Source: Podarcis pityusensis (lineage: Eukaryota). Taken from it: a stretch of DNA of 64,000 nt. Both the position numbers and the translations under genes were made by a program. This document shows positions 63,929 through 64,000 of the stretch, piece after piece; position 1 is the first letter of the stretch; each line of letters begins with the position of its first letter. The stretch lies in the NCBI GenBank assembly GCA_964106645.2, contig OZ067039.1; one strand, given 5' to 3'. The notes beneath the pieces are model-generated. The model worked only from the letters and a program-made list of their open reading frames with translations, made no database searches and had not been told where the DNA came from.

Positions 63929-64000
63929 CAGTCGTACCTTGGTTTGTGAACACCTTTCAACTCAAACATTTTGGCTGCTGGACACCGCAAACCCAGAAGT
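63929..64000. mobile_element. Left end of a Tc1/mariner (Tigger-like) MITE, cut by the window edge
   Basis: TA|CAGTCGTACCTTGG TIR; similar to 35632-35809. Confidence 0.6.

Noticed and set aside
1-64000. CRISPR arrays, operons, rRNA genes, intact transposase/RT genes or endogenous viral ORFs
   Set aside because: None seen. This is intron-rich vertebrate DNA with no regularly spaced repeats and no long unexplained ORF.

Overview
Vertebrate genomic DNA. The Sauria-type SINEs and other repeats point to a squamate reptile, probably a lacertid lizard. Two minus-strand genes were reconstructed by hand from canonical GT-AG splice sites. (1) The 5' end of TBC1D9B: coding exons 1-3 (7530->723), with a CpG-island promoter at about 7.1-7.9 kb; the gene continues off the left edge. 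(2) The complete RNF130 (goliath, PA-TM-RING-H2 E3 ligase): nine coding exons from 52651 to 25233 (422 aa), plus an alternative last exon at 20721-20612 that swaps the second hydrophobic segment for a soluble acidic tail. Its CpG-island promoter is at about 53.0-54.05 kb. The TBC1D9B-RNF130 order matches mammalian synteny. The rest is intronic or intergenic and holds Sauria SINEs, tRNA-derived SINEs, MIR-like, L2, CR1 and RTE fragments, hAT and Tc1/mariner-type MITEs and microsatellites. The most notable observations are: a young, 5'-complete but non-coding 1.75-kb L1-type retroelement with an 18-bp TSD in RNF130 intron 2; several alternative RNF130 C-termini (two isoforms of identical length plus a candidate 36-nt poison exon); an orphan terminal-exon-like ORF at 62057-61845; and an in-frame upstream AUG in TBC1D9B. 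I found no convincing wholly new multi-gene system. Most ORFs in the supplied track look spurious.
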